Positions 8,202-18,729 of a stretch of DNA of 64,000 bases are shown in pieces. Origin of the DNA: an uncultured delta proteobacterium (GTDB lineage Bacteria > Desulfobacterota > Binatia > UBA9968). The stretch spans positions 800,001-864,000 of the forward strand of contig CAVSHR010000004.1 in NCBI GenBank assembly GCA_963727625.1. The letters run 5' to 3'. Made by a program: the position numbers and the translations under genes. Within the stretch, counting starts at the first letter, position 1. Every line of letters begins with the position of its first letter. The notes beneath the pieces were generated by a model. The model saw nothing but the letters and a program-made list of their open reading frames with translations. It made no database searches and was not told the origin of the DNA.

Positions 8202-11200
8202 TTACGGTAGTGCTATGGTGATTTTGCCAAAGAGCATCCTGCCTGGTCGTAGGCTTGGGTTATTAAAGTCACGGTCGTAGAATTTGAACTTACGGTCGGT
8301 GAGATTGGTTACGCCGACCGTTACGATACCGTAACGGTCGGGCAGGCGATAATTGAGACCCGCATCCACGGTCCAAAAGGCGTCGGACCCGTTCGCACGA
8401 GCGCCATTCGTGGGAACGAATCTTCCGGCTTGATTGACGTAAGTAGATGAGAGCGTCGCACTGAACCCCGATGGATGGAAGAAGTTAACGCCTAACGGGA
8501 TTCGATAAGTCTGCAAGCGTATAGGCAAACCGGCCACCCCGTCGCTTTTAAAGTGCTCAAATTGGTATTCTGCGCGTAGGGCCCACCAACGATGTGGTGC
8601 CCAGAAAAGGTAGAGTCGGCTTAAATCCTCTTGCATATCATCTTTTCGAAGAGTTGTAGTTGCGGCGAAAATGTTTCTTTGAACCACCTGACTATTCAGG
8701 TCTCGACGCGTATATTCCGCGCCTGTGAAGAGTTCTTTTGTAAATTTCTGGTCCAGGGCAACACCGTAGTTCCACGCGGATGTGCCGTTGAAATCGTCGA
8801 AGAATTGGTTGAATCCCGCCACCTGAGTCGGTTCGATTGTTTGATCGGTGATCAGAGTTCTTTTTAAGGTTCTGAATGCCGCTGCGCGGATGGTTGTGTT
8901 CAGCCACGGATTCCACGTAACACCGAACTTTGGATTAAACTGTCGACGATCACCGACATCGGGGCTTTTCCCATTGGTGAACTCGCCACTTGCACCGAAA
9001 GTAACAGTCGCGTTCTTCAAAGGACTCCAATGGAAGTAGGCGTAAGTATTGGCTTGTTTAAGGTCCGTAGGGAACCGCGAGAAGAATAAGCTGGGAAACG
9101 GCGGAGGAAGAGCTAGCTTTGTCGCAATGTCAGAATGACCGTCGACTTTGGCATAGCCGATGCCGCTCGTCAAATTGATCGATCCTAAACGAAAGAGATG
9201 TTCAAGCTCTACGCTAGTCGCGCTCTCGGGCCTTTTCGAGTTGATATAGGTGAACGGAAACGGCAACTGCTGAACGTCGCTTCGAAAGACGACCTCTTGA
9301 TGAATCAATGAGCCTATAACTATTGAATTTGGCGAGAATGCGTGGCGCAGCCCGAAACGTCCCGTGTTTCTCTCTTCGGCATCTCTTTGCCCGGGAAAGA
9401 AATCGTCGGGAAAAAATCGTAAGCCAATGTCGCCGCTTTTAAAATTTCGGTATCGATATTCACCTTGCACACTCGTTTCTGGAGAAAGTTCCAGTTGCAA
9501 AAAAGCGTTGCCGATAGAGTCTTTCTGGTCTGCGTTCGTTCTCCAACCGTCCGTCTGAAAGTGAAATCCGCCCAAGCTAAAAGCCGCCTTCTGATAGATT
9601 CCCGAGAGCACGCCTTCACCCGCATAAGTATTATTATCTCCCCCGAGAGCAGTCGTTTGAAAATTAACCCCATTGCGATTGAACAGTGGATTGAATTCAT
9701 TGAAAGACAGCGCCGCCGGTCCTCCGGCGCTGATCAGGAACAGATTGCTTTCGGCTAAACGGGGTTGGATAGGCGTCATATTGAGAGGCTGGAGCAACTG
9801 CGACTGTAGCAATTCGCTCACTCGAGCAATCTCGTGACGTGGTAGAACCGCGTACGAGTCGGCAAGAAAACGATGGGCAGAGAAATTTATCGGGTCAGTG
9901 TTGACCGACTTCCATCCTTCCACCAGTGCCAATTGCTGGAAGCCGAGATCGCTGTAAATACGTGCTTGGCTAGCGCTCCGAGCGGCTAGGTCGGAATCAA
10001 GCTCGAGACGCGAGCGGTAGATTGCGCGATTGTCGTTCAACTCAATCGCCTTCTCCATGTCATGCAAAGCCTCGACTGGCCGGTTGGTGGTTTGCTTAGC
10101 AATCGCATCATAGAACCAGGGTGTAGGGTCTTTCGGGTCCAGTTCCTTGGCGATGGCATATTCCCGCTCATCCAATCGACCCCGTTTCTCCTCATAGTAG
10201 GCTTTGCCCAAATAACTTCGGACGATCGAGTTATTAGGAGCCAGGCTTACAGCTATCTCAATCTCTCTTCTTCCTTCTTCCAATCCGCCTTCTCGGATCT
10301 TTGCCAAACCCAGACCCAACCTCGGCAGATAATCCGACTGGTCGAACTCAATCGCTTTTGCGAAAGCAGCCTTTGCTTCATCGGTGTCGACCTGGGTGAG
10401 ATAAGCGAATCCGAGGACCGTGCGGGTTCGCGACAGGCTTGGATCCAAAGCGACCGCTTTCTTGGCCGCCTCGAGGGCTTCGTCCAAATCCGCAAATGAC
10501 ATGTGAAGTTCCGCTAGCCGGGCCCAGGCAAGCGTGTTGTTTGGATTTGATTCTACAGCCCGTTGCAAACCCGCTCGCGCGCCTTCGAGATCGAAGTTCG
10601 CCTGCTGCGCGTAAGAGAGAGCGATCAACGCAGAAGCCGACTTGGGATCTGCGGCAACTGACTTCTGCGCCAGGGCGAGTGCTTTATCCTTGTCGTTTTG
10701 AACGACCGCTATTGTCGACTGGAGCGCCAACGCTTCGCCGTAGTTCGGATCCAAGCTGAGCGCCCGATCGAGGTCCGGTCCGGCTTCATCGACGCGTCCG
10801 ACGGCGAGCAACAAAGAGGCCCGATAGGCAAAAAAACGAGGCTCCCGGAGATCGTTGGGCACGCCCCTGATGGCTTCGAAGGCGGCCTGAAAATCGCCTT
10901 TCATGTAAGACTCGAGCGAATTCCGCACCATCCCCTGCCAGCCCGGTCCGGCTGGGAACTCGTTAGGTCGTAGATAGAGGGCGGGCGGATAGTATAAGGC
11001 CCATTGAACCGCATCCCGAGGACGCACGACAGTCCGTAATACGGGAGCTTGTCCCCTCTCGGCCACAGCTGATTGGCCGTCGGTCAGGATCAGGCTCCCG
11101 GCCTGGTTCGAAGCCAATACCTTGCCTTCAAATATGGTTATCAAGGCTCTGTCGGCTTCGACTTGAACGAGGCCCTCGGTTCCCTCCACTCCTGCATTGA

Positions 11201-11588
11201 CGAAGGCGGTAATGATTTCTAGATTTCGTGGCAAACGACTGAAGAAATACAGCGCGCCTTTCACCAATTCGACGAGGGAGGTTTTTTCCTCCCGTACTCC
11301 TCCGAAGGTGATGGTGGTATCCTGATTGAGGCGCAGGACGGGTTGATTGACTAACGCCACATCCGCGCGGCTCTTCTCGCCCACTTGAACCCTGTCACCC
11401 GGGCAAAAAGTGTCATTCAAACGCACCGGCTGCCACTGGGTCTGGCCGGCGCGGCTAATCTGGACGCTCCCTTGTACCGAGACCAACTTGGCCACCCAAG
11501 GATCGCACGGCGTCGCCGCCAGCGAGAGATCAGAGGAGAGAAGACAGAAACTTGTGCACGCAATCGCCAACCATCGTGTGCGGATCAT
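8202..11588 (-). CDS. FecR-domain / TPR-repeat / outer-membrane beta-barrel receptor (NsrA-like)
   Basis: Signal peptide; FecR-type segment ending AGVEGTE; WALYYPP; many TPR helices; C-terminal barrel-like alternating strands; SD AAGGAG before ATG 11588. Confidence 0.88.
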   Translation of the reverse strand: MIRTRWLAIACTSFCLLSSDLSLAATPCDPWVAKLVSVQGSVQISRAGQTQWQPVRLNDTFCPGDRVQVGEKSRADVALVNQPVLRLNQDTTITFGGVREEKTSLVELVKGALYFFSRLPRNLEIITAFVNAGVEGTEGLVQVEADRALITIFEGKVLASNQAGSLILTDGQSAVAERGQAPVLRTVVRPRDAVQWALYYPPALYLRPNEFPAGPGWQGMVRNSLESYMKGDFQAAFEAIRGVPNDLREPRFFAYRASLLLAVGRVDEAGPDLDRALSLDPNYGEALALQSTIAVVQNDKDKALALAQKSVAADPKSASALIALSYAQQANFDLEGARAGLQRAVESNPNNTLAWARLAELHMSFADLDEALEAAKKAVALDPSLSRTRTVLGFAYLTQVDTDEAKAAFAKAIEFDQSDYLPRLGLGLAKIREGGLEEGRREIEIAVSLAPNNSIVRSYLGKAYYEEKRGRLDEREYAIAKELDPKDPTPWFYDAIAKQTTNRPVEALHDMEKAIELNDNRAIYRSRLELDSDLAARSASQARIYSDLGFQQLALVEGWKSVNTDPINFSAHRFLADSYAVLPRHEIARVSELLQSQLLQPLNMTPIQPRLAESNLFLISAGGPAALSFNEFNPLFNRNGVNFQTTALGGDNNTYAGEGVLSGIYQKAAFSLGGFHFQTDGWRTNADQKDSIGNAFLQLELSPETSVQGEYRYRNFKSGDIGLRFFPDDFFPGQRDAEERNTGRFGLRHAFSPNSIVIGSLIHQEVVFRSDVQQLPFPFTYINSKRPESATSVELEHLFRLGSINLTSGIGYAKVDGHSDIATKLALPPPFPSLFFSRFPTDLKQANTYAYFHWSPLKNATVTFGASGEFTNGKSPDVGDRRQFNPKFGVTWNPWLNTTIRAAAFRTLKRTLITDQTIEPTQVAGFNQFFDDFNGTSAWNYGVALDQKFTKELFTGAEYTRRDLNSQVVQRNIFAATTTLRKDDMQEDLSRLYLFWAPHRWWALRAEYQFEHFKSDGVAGLPIRLQTYRIPLGVNFFHPSGFSATLSSTYVNQAGRFVPTNGARANGSDAFWTVDAGLNYRLPDRYGIVTVGVTNLTDRKFKFYDRDFNNPSLRPGRMLFGKITIALP

Positions 11589-11900
11589 AATATCGCCACT
11601 CCTTATCACCCCGAGAGGTGATCGTGCCGAAATCCGAAGTTGACGCTTCGACAGAGTCTCGATGACCAGCTAACTTGTTATTTCTCCGTATGCCAGCGTC
11701 CGTTCGTTGAGAGCGTGTCGGACAAGGAGTAAACTTTTGACGCAGTGAGAAAGTGTAAGCGCGAACTCGTTCCGGGCGGCGCGCTCGCGAAGAGAAAATT
11801 GACTCGATATAGAACCATGGCAGGACCGGGCATTTTTCATGACGCGTTTTCGCCTATTATTTGGAACTCAGAGGTATAACACACCGGAAGCCTGGGGTCA

Positions 11901-14153
11901 CTACTTTTCGTCTATCGGGATCACAGCCTTCCACGGCTCTTCAGGGGGATGCGCCTTATATTCCGCACACAACTTTAAATAGAAGCGCGAGAGGCCATCT
12001 TCTTCGAGAATACCGATACATTGATGAAATTTCACTGCCGCGTCGGTCCACGCGCGTACTTTGAAGGCGCCGAGGGCTTCGGAAAAAATGGCGCATGCTT
12101 TTTTTCTCTGATCATCCGCTTCTGCCGCGCGTCCTAACAATTCATAGACAACGACCGGCTGCGCCTTCCCCTTGAGCAAGAAGCTTCCCGCTTCCCGAGT
12201 CAAGAACCCCTCAGACTCGCCGACGGCTTCGCGAGACACCAAAATTTTCGTCTCGAGGTATTTGTTCAAGCCATCGAGCCGGGATACGGTATTCACCGTA
12301 TCGCCCGTGACGCCATATTCGTAGTGATCCCCGGCGCCGATATTGCCGAGGAAAAACTCGCCCGCATGGACTGCAATGCGCGTAGGAAGCTTGGCGTTCA
12401 TAGCACCCTGGTTGAACTGCCTAACGGCATCGGCGAGAGCCAATGCAGCCCCACAGGCTCGTTGACCAAGGCTAGAATCCGGCCGTTGTGCCTTCCAGAG
12501 GGCTATGATCGAATCTCCCTTGAGCTCCACGATAAGGCCGCCGTTTCGCTTGATCGGATCGAAGGTGACCTCGAAATACTTGTGCATCAAATCGCTCAAT
12601 TCACGAGGCCCCATCGTCTCCGATAGGTTCGTATACCCCGCGGCGTCGGCGAATAAACAAGCGCCGTAAACCATCTGGCCGCCGCGCCTAATATCGACGA
12701 TGTTTTGCGCCAGTTGGTTGACCACGTCACTCGGGACATAGTATCCGAGCGCGCTCCTAATATTCTGTCGCTCTTTATTTGTCTCGAAATAGCCGACTAA
12801 TACCGCGGCGACAAAACCGAGCGGCGCCTGCAGATAAAGCGGTACAATTATCGGATACCACATACTGTTGACCTTGAACTGGTACTCGGCAGCGGCGAGA
12901 TAAAAACCTCCCAAGGCCACCAAAGCAACCGCGGCCACCATCGTTCCATTGGTCCGAGAGAGCAACCCGACGACGATTCCCCATATTAGGATTAGCATTA
13001 CATAGGGCCAGTAGCTGAGCATTTTTACCGAAGCATCTTCGAGCAGATTCGCAAATGCCGTGGCGGCGATTTCGATGCCGCTGATGAACACGCCGTTGGC
13101 CTGGGAAAATACCGTATGAAAACTATCCTGCCTTTCCGCCAGCAATATTTCGGAGTAACCGACGAAAACGGTCTTTCCTGCAAGCGATAGCGGCTTGCGA
13201 CCGTGCGAATCTTGACCGAGGCGCAGAGCTTGATCGTACGGGATGGTCGTTAGGGTGCGGGGCGGACCGTAAAAATTGAGATAACGGCGATTGTTACCGC
13301 CATACATTCGCACGAGGGATTTGATTAGCCGGTAATCGTCCGCTTTGTAAGCCGATGGGCCGATGCGATCCAATTCCGTCATCATTTTTTCGGCAAGGGT
13401 CGGATCGCTTTCAAAAATTTCTCGGATGTCTCGAAGAAATCTCCCTGCGCCCCGCGTTTTAAACGCACTAGCCGCATCCCGCGGCAGCTCTCCCGCCAGC
13501 GACGGACTCACCCTCTCAATTAAATCTCTAAAATGGCCGTAAACGGACAAGGCCGAGAGTTGAAACGCGATAATAGGGAAGGTCGGCGTATCCCCCGCGC
13601 TGGTCTGAAACGCCCAATACTGGCTGACCCTGACGGGCATTCTGGGCAAAACAAACGGCGCGGTCGCGAAAGCTGCTTCTGAGATAGGTTCGATGGTCTG
13701 CAGCTTTTTCACGATCAAGTGCCCCGCCGTTGATCCAACGGTATCTAAGGAACGCACTTGTTCCGCTCTCAGAGGCTCGGCGAGCACAACGTTTTGCGCT
13801 CGGTGGATTGCTGCGGCAAGGGATGCATCTTCCGTACCGGAACGGGGCTCGATGAAATAAATATCGAGAACGATGACTCTGGCGCCTTCGCGGACGAGAT
13901 TCCTAATTAACTCGGCATGGAGCGAACGCGGCCATCGATCAGGATTCGGCGAGACCTTCAGGCGCTCGGCGGACTCTCGATCGATGCTGATAACGACGAC
14001 ATTGGCGGGCGGTTTTCTGGGGCCTCGCAATTTGAACAGCAATCCCAGTCCCACGTCTTCCTCAAGATCGTGGACGACGGGGAAAAAACTAATCAGTAAG
14101 CCGACAATCCCGATGAGCAAACCGAAGGCGGCGGCCTCTAGGAGGCGCGACAT
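11901..14153 (-). CDS. CHASE2-domain class III adenylate/guanylate cyclase
   Basis: CHASE2 motifs VVVISID, WPRSLHA, GARVIVLD, GIEIAA; TM helices; cyclase LFAD, KGD, GDTVNTVSRL, KGK. Confidence 0.92.
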   Translation of the reverse strand: MSRLLEAAAFGLLIGIVGLLISFFPVVHDLEEDVGLGLLFKLRGPRKPPANVVVISIDRESAERLKVSPNPDRWPRSLHAELIRNLVREGARVIVLDIYFIEPRSGTEDASLAAAIHRAQNVVLAEPLRAEQVRSLDTVGSTAGHLIVKKLQTIEPISEAAFATAPFVLPRMPVRVSQYWAFQTSAGDTPTFPIIAFQLSALSVYGHFRDLIERVSPSLAGELPRDAASAFKTRGAGRFLRDIREIFESDPTLAEKMMTELDRIGPSAYKADDYRLIKSLVRMYGGNNRRYLNFYGPPRTLTTIPYDQALRLGQDSHGRKPLSLAGKTVFVGYSEILLAERQDSFHTVFSQANGVFISGIEIAATAFANLLEDASVKMLSYWPYVMLILIWGIVVGLLSRTNGTMVAAVALVALGGFYLAAAEYQFKVNSMWYPIIVPLYLQAPLGFVAAVLVGYFETNKERQNIRSALGYYVPSDVVNQLAQNIVDIRRGGQMVYGACLFADAAGYTNLSETMGPRELSDLMHKYFEVTFDPIKRNGGLIVELKGDSIIALWKAQRPDSSLGQRACGAALALADAVRQFNQGAMNAKLPTRIAVHAGEFFLGNIGAGDHYEYGVTGDTVNTVSRLDGLNKYLETKILVSREAVGESEGFLTREAGSFLLKGKAQPVVVYELLGRAAEADDQRKKACAIFSEALGAFKVRAWTDAAVKFHQCIGILEEDGLSRFYLKLCAEYKAHPPEEPWKAVIPIDEK

Positions 14154-14797
14154 TTTGCTGCTCCCGTCTGAATCTCAAACTATGCGTTTGTGTTAAACAG
14201 CGCTCTTTCTCGGCTCCGACTCTACCGTGATTCGGTATAGTCCAAGCCGATTGCGCGCGCAAGGTTTGGTTGTCGAGAGCACAAGGTCAATATCATTTCG
14301 GAGTTGAAACAAATTTGAATCAAACACTTCATGTTTTGAGCGCGCCAATGCGACGACCATGATCGACGGCAAATTACGACCGCTCTGAAACCCACGGCGC
14401 GTCCAGCTCACCGTTAGCAGGTCGGCAGACGTGCAACAATTTGGGAGGCATTCACTGCCTCGAATTTAGCGCTTCAATATTTTGACGACCTATGGAAGTT
14501 TCTATGGGCGCGGTAAAATTGCCAAATGGCTTGAACAGAACGAAGCCCTTGAGCGGCTTGAGCTTTTTGAGCTTAAATCTTAGACGCGCGCCCTCACAGG
14601 CAACGATTAAATGAGATTTTTTCAGCCGCACTCCGGTGGAAACTTTTTCTCTACCCTTTGGTCTCTTTACTCTGGGATTGAATCTTCCATGCCGGCCGGA
14701 TTGAAATCAATTTTGGCTTCTCACTGCTCATGCCTGGGGCTATCTGCAATATCGCCTGCGCGGCCGGTATTGTGGACGACGGACTGGCGCCGAATCA

Positions 14798-15022
14798 GTC
14801 CCGGCCTACCGAGGTTACGCCGTGGCTCACAATACCCGAAGCGAATCTGAGATTGATGGGATCTTTGCCCGGCTACAGGATTACGGTGCGAACATCGTCA
14901 AGCAACCGCAAAAAATCCTCTGGGGCGGTTATTCCGGAAATTTTTCCGATCTCGACAGCCATATAGGAGAGATCGCTTACAATCCGTTTTGGATCATCCG
15001 GACGGATGGCCGCGTGCGATAA
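14798..15022 (+). pseudogene. Glyoxalase/VOC gene 3' fragment (includes direct repeat copy 2)
   Basis: AHNTRSESEIDGIF...WGGYSGNFSDLDSHIGEIAYNPFW; no 5' half. Confidence 0.78.
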
Positions 15023-15063
15023 AGAAGGATTGATCCTAGGACAGAAGATTTTCACGGCGGAGG

Positions 15064-15594
15064 TTAGTTCCAAAAATCAAGCTGCGGGATGGCCGTTCGA
15101 ATGAGTTGCTCGGGCCATTCGATCACCGGCCCCGGCCAGGGCAGATGAAGTATCTGGTCGAAAAGGAGATCAAAAAAAATAAACGTCGCCAACGTCAAGC
15201 CGATCGAGATCAGCCACCGCTCCCGGGCTTGCAATTTGAGGTAGAGAAACGTGTAAAGCGGCACCGCGACAAAGAAGCCGAGCAGCCAAATACAGAAAAA
15301 AAATCCCAGCAGCCAGGCGAAAAACCTGCCGGCCTTGGCCACAACGACCTTGGAGCTCATGCTCAAGTCAACTTGTAAATCTCCCGTGTCTTCCTTCGGT
15401 CGCACGGCGACCGAGCGCGATTGATAGATTTCCAGCGCCAGCTGAATCATCGATAGAATCATGACGGGGATACCGACGATCCAGGGAAACAATTTCGTCG
15501 ATAGTGGCCAGTCCCACGCCGATAGCACCGCATAGGTTGAAAAAACAACGATGGCCAGCGTAAAAAACATTCGGGCCCGGAATTTCATCATCAA
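15064..15594 (-). CDS. tctB: Tripartite tricarboxylate transporter small membrane subunit
   Basis: Hydrophobic protein with FP and LGF motifs, overlapping tctA by 4 nt. Confidence 0.85.
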   Translation of the reverse strand: MMMKFRARMFFTLAIVVFSTYAVLSAWDWPLSTKLFPWIVGIPVMILSMIQLALEIYQSRSVAVRPKEDTGDLQVDLSMSSKVVVAKAGRFFAWLLGFFFCIWLLGFFVAVPLYTFLYLKLQARERWLISIGLTLATFIFFDLLFDQILHLPWPGPVIEWPEQLIRTAIPQLDFWN

Positions 15595-17078
15595 CCCACC
15601 GCGGAAAATTTCCGCGCTTTTCTTTCCTGCCAGGTGCTATAGACCACGGTGGCTATGGTAATCAAAATGATCACGATGACGAGAGGACGCATCATCCATC
15701 CAAAACCGTAGGCCTTGACAGAGATGACCGCATAACGCTCGATGAGCGTACCCAGGAGAAAACCCAACAGCAGCGGCGGCCTCGGCCACCCGGATCGTTT
15801 CATAATCCAGCCCAAGCCCCCGATGATTAGCAGCGTAATGAGATCACCCATGCTTGCGCTCGCCTGGAATGCCGCCAGAAACACGACGACCATAACCAGC
15901 GGCGCCAGGATTTGAATGCGCACGGCGGATAGCTTGGCCAGCTGGTTGGTAAACAGCAGCGCAATCCCCGTGGCCAAGATGTTGGCAATCGCGGTGCTCC
16001 AGACGATCGCATAGGTGACATCGAGATGCTTCGTGAGCATTTCCGGACCGGGTTGGATGCCGTGGATCAAAAAAGCTCCGATCAAGAGGGCCATGGAGGC
16101 GCTTCCCGGCACTCCGAATGCAAGCGTCGGTACGAGTGCACCCCCTTGTTTCGCGTTGTTGGCGCTTTCCGGAGCGATGACCCCACGAACGTCGCCCTTG
16201 CCGAATGTCAACGCCGCGTCCTTGCAGGTCTGCCGCGCGTGGCCATAGGCCAGCCAGTCCACGACGGCCGACCCGAGGCCGGGTATAATGCCGATCCAGG
16301 TGCCCAAAAAGCTGCAACGCAGCATCAACCAGCGGTGCGTATAGACGTCGCGCATTCCCTGCCCGACCCCTTTCATGGCAGACTTCGGCACGCTGCTGAT
16401 TTTAGAGCCTTCGATGACCATGTCCGCGAGTTCCGGAATGGCGAAGAGTCCGAGGCTCACAACGATGATATTCAATCCGTCGATGAGATAGATCGTGTCA
16501 AAGGTCCAGCGCAGCAGGCCCTCCTGCTTGTCGGTACCGATCATGGCCAGGAGCAGTCCCAGCCCCCCCGCGATAATTCCTTTGAGTGGAACGTTGCCGC
16601 TTAAAATCGCGACCATGGAAATTCCCATGATTCCCAAAGCGAACAACTCGGGCGCCGCGAAGTACAAGACCACCGGCTTTAAGACGGGAATCAACAAGCC
16701 TAGGCAGGCAGCGCCAATGATGCCGCCCAACATGGAGGACAGGTAGGCCGCGCCAAAGGCGCGACCCGCCTCGCCCTTACGCGCCATGGGGTGGCCGTCT
16801 AATATCGTAGCTTGAGAGCCGACGGTGCCGGGCACAGCAAACAAAACCGACGGGATCGTGTCCGTCGTCGTCGGCACGGCTGTTAATGCAACGAGCATGG
16901 CGATGGCCGAGGTGCGATCCATTTCGAAGGTAAACGGCAGAAGAATAGCCACGCCGACAACTCCGCCAAGGCCCGGAATCGCGCCGAGCGCCATGCCGAT
17001 CAGCACTCCGATAACTAAAAACATCATTCGGTCAGGGCTCATGAGAGCGCCAAACCCTTGCGCCATCGCTTCTAGCAC
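15591..17078 (-). CDS. tctA: Tripartite tricarboxylate transporter permease
   Basis: GAIPGLGG, DGHPMARKG, APESANNA, PTLAFGVPGS, GIQPGP. Confidence 0.95.
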   Translation of the reverse strand: MLEAMAQGFGALMSPDRMMFLVIGVLIGMALGAIPGLGGVVGVAILLPFTFEMDRTSAIAMLVALTAVPTTTDTIPSVLFAVPGTVGSQATILDGHPMARKGEAGRAFGAAYLSSMLGGIIGAACLGLLIPVLKPVVLYFAAPELFALGIMGISMVAILSGNVPLKGIIAGGLGLLLAMIGTDKQEGLLRWTFDTIYLIDGLNIIVVSLGLFAIPELADMVIEGSKISSVPKSAMKGVGQGMRDVYTHRWLMLRCSFLGTWIGIIPGLGSAVVDWLAYGHARQTCKDAALTFGKGDVRGVIAPESANNAKQGGALVPTLAFGVPGSASMALLIGAFLIHGIQPGPEMLTKHLDVTYAIVWSTAIANILATGIALLFTNQLAKLSAVRIQILAPLVMVVVFLAAFQASASMGDLITLLIIGGLGWIMKRSGWPRPPLLLGFLLGTLIERYAVISVKAYGFGWMMRPLVIVIILITIATVVYSTWQERKARKFSAVG

Positions 17079-17134
17079 ATGTCACCCCTCAACCGTCGCC
17101 AATCCTCGTCGATAGACCGTCGATAAAATCCTGG

Positions 17135-18178
17135 CTATTTTTTCTTGCCCCCGCCAAAAACCTCCGAAACGATCTCGAACATATCGGGCGAGGGATGGAT
17201 GTCTTTATTCACAACTTCTTGAAGCTCTTTTCCCGGCATGGGATCGACCGGACGGTGCAGCTTCTTGGCTTCTGCCCGAAACTTCTCATCTGCCAACGTT
17301 TTGTCGAAGGCGTCGCGCAGAGTCTGCACTGATTCAGCCGGCACGTCCTGAGGTAGAAAATAGGGGCGCCCGTAGTGTTGAAAGAACAATGTCGCCTCGG
17401 CGATTTCCTTGCCCTTATTACTATTGGCCAACTCCTTGAGCGTCGGCACGTCGGGAAAATCCTTGTCTCTGCCACCCTTGAGAGTGCCGGCCTGAGCAAC
17501 CACGACGAGCTTGCCCGCCTTGTACATATCGCCCAGCTGATCGTAGAAAGAAGATTTGGTGTTGCTCGAGGTGTCCACCTCCCCCTGCCGAAGCGCGAGA
17601 CTGTATTGACGCGCGCCGGGATAAGCCATCACCATGTCGAACAGCTTGTATCCGGTCACCTTTTCGATAAGGCGGCCGAGAATGAAGCCGGTGGATTGCC
17701 GCCCGCTCACCCCTACGGTCGCAAGCTTGCCGGATTTGTGAATCGCTTCGATGCTCTTGTAACGATCCGGCCTGGAGTAGAAAAGCGCGTTTTCCACCAC
17801 GATCGCGCCGACCGCGTGCATCTTGCCAAAATCGAATCTGGCGCGTTTGTCTTTGATGCCCTGATAGTGCCAGACGCCCCAGTTGATTTGTTCCATAGTC
17901 GTGCCATCGCGCCGCGCCTGCTCATAGAGGTAATTCGCTGCGACCAACCCGCCGCCGCCGGGCATGTTTTCCACGATGATCTTCGGCTTGCCGGGAATGT
18001 GACGCACCAGATGGCGCGCCAACAGCCGCGTATAGGTGTCGTTGCCGCCGCCGGGCGAGGAAGAAACGATGATGCGCACCGTCTTGCCCTGGTAAAATTG
18101 GCCGAACGCATTCGGCGAGAGCCCGAAACTCACCATACCGGCGAATCCCAGAACCAGTGAAACATTTCTCAATTTCAT
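17135..18178 (-). CDS. tctC: Tripartite tricarboxylate transporter substrate-binding protein (Bug family)
   Basis: Signal peptide, SPGGGNDTYTR, VENMPGGGG, PDVPT. Confidence 0.92.
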   Translation of the reverse strand: MKLRNVSLVLGFAGMVSFGLSPNAFGQFYQGKTVRIIVSSSPGGGNDTYTRLLARHLVRHIPGKPKIIVENMPGGGGLVAANYLYEQARRDGTTMEQINWGVWHYQGIKDKRARFDFGKMHAVGAIVVENALFYSRPDRYKSIEAIHKSGKLATVGVSGRQSTGFILGRLIEKVTGYKLFDMVMAYPGARQYSLALRQGEVDTSSNTKSSFYDQLGDMYKAGKLVVVAQAGTLKGGRDKDFPDVPTLKELANSNKGKEIAEATLFFQHYGRPYFLPQDVPAESVQTLRDAFDKTLADEKFRAEAKKLHRPVDPMPGKELQEVVNKDIHPSPDMFEIVSEVFGGGKKK

Positions 18179-18729
18179 TTTTTCCTCCTTCTATTGAGTA
18201 GTTTTTAATCCGGCGTTGGACTTCACCTTCGCGGCTGACCCGGCCGATGTACGCTGGTTGCGTGTGGCGTGGAACCCAGGTTATGGATGCTGCTCGATGC
18301 CAGGGCGCGGCGATGGGAAAATATTCTGGTTTTTTTCTTCATCTTCTCGATTGACTGAGTGCTATTCACCAGGCAAACAATGCACCGCGTTTCACGGACA
18401 GGTCGCACGCCAGGCCCGCAGCGATCTAGCCAACGATGCTCTAAGTCCCTCGTCCTGCTTTGTCGCGCGGTTTCGGCAAAAACCAAATACTCGAACTTTC
18501 CACCCGCCCCTACGCGTACGCGGGCACAAAACGACGCAGGCATAAATCCTGCACTTAGACTCCAACTATGAATTTCTAATTCAAGGCCTTTGAGTTAATT
18601 TAACGGTAAGAAAATTTCTGCGGCGATTTTACCAGCGGTTGCATTCTATTTCGCATTAACCCGCTATCGCTAATTGTCATAGACGAGCGCCTTCGGTAAG
18701 CTCTCCACCGATGACTCAAGGAGGTACTC

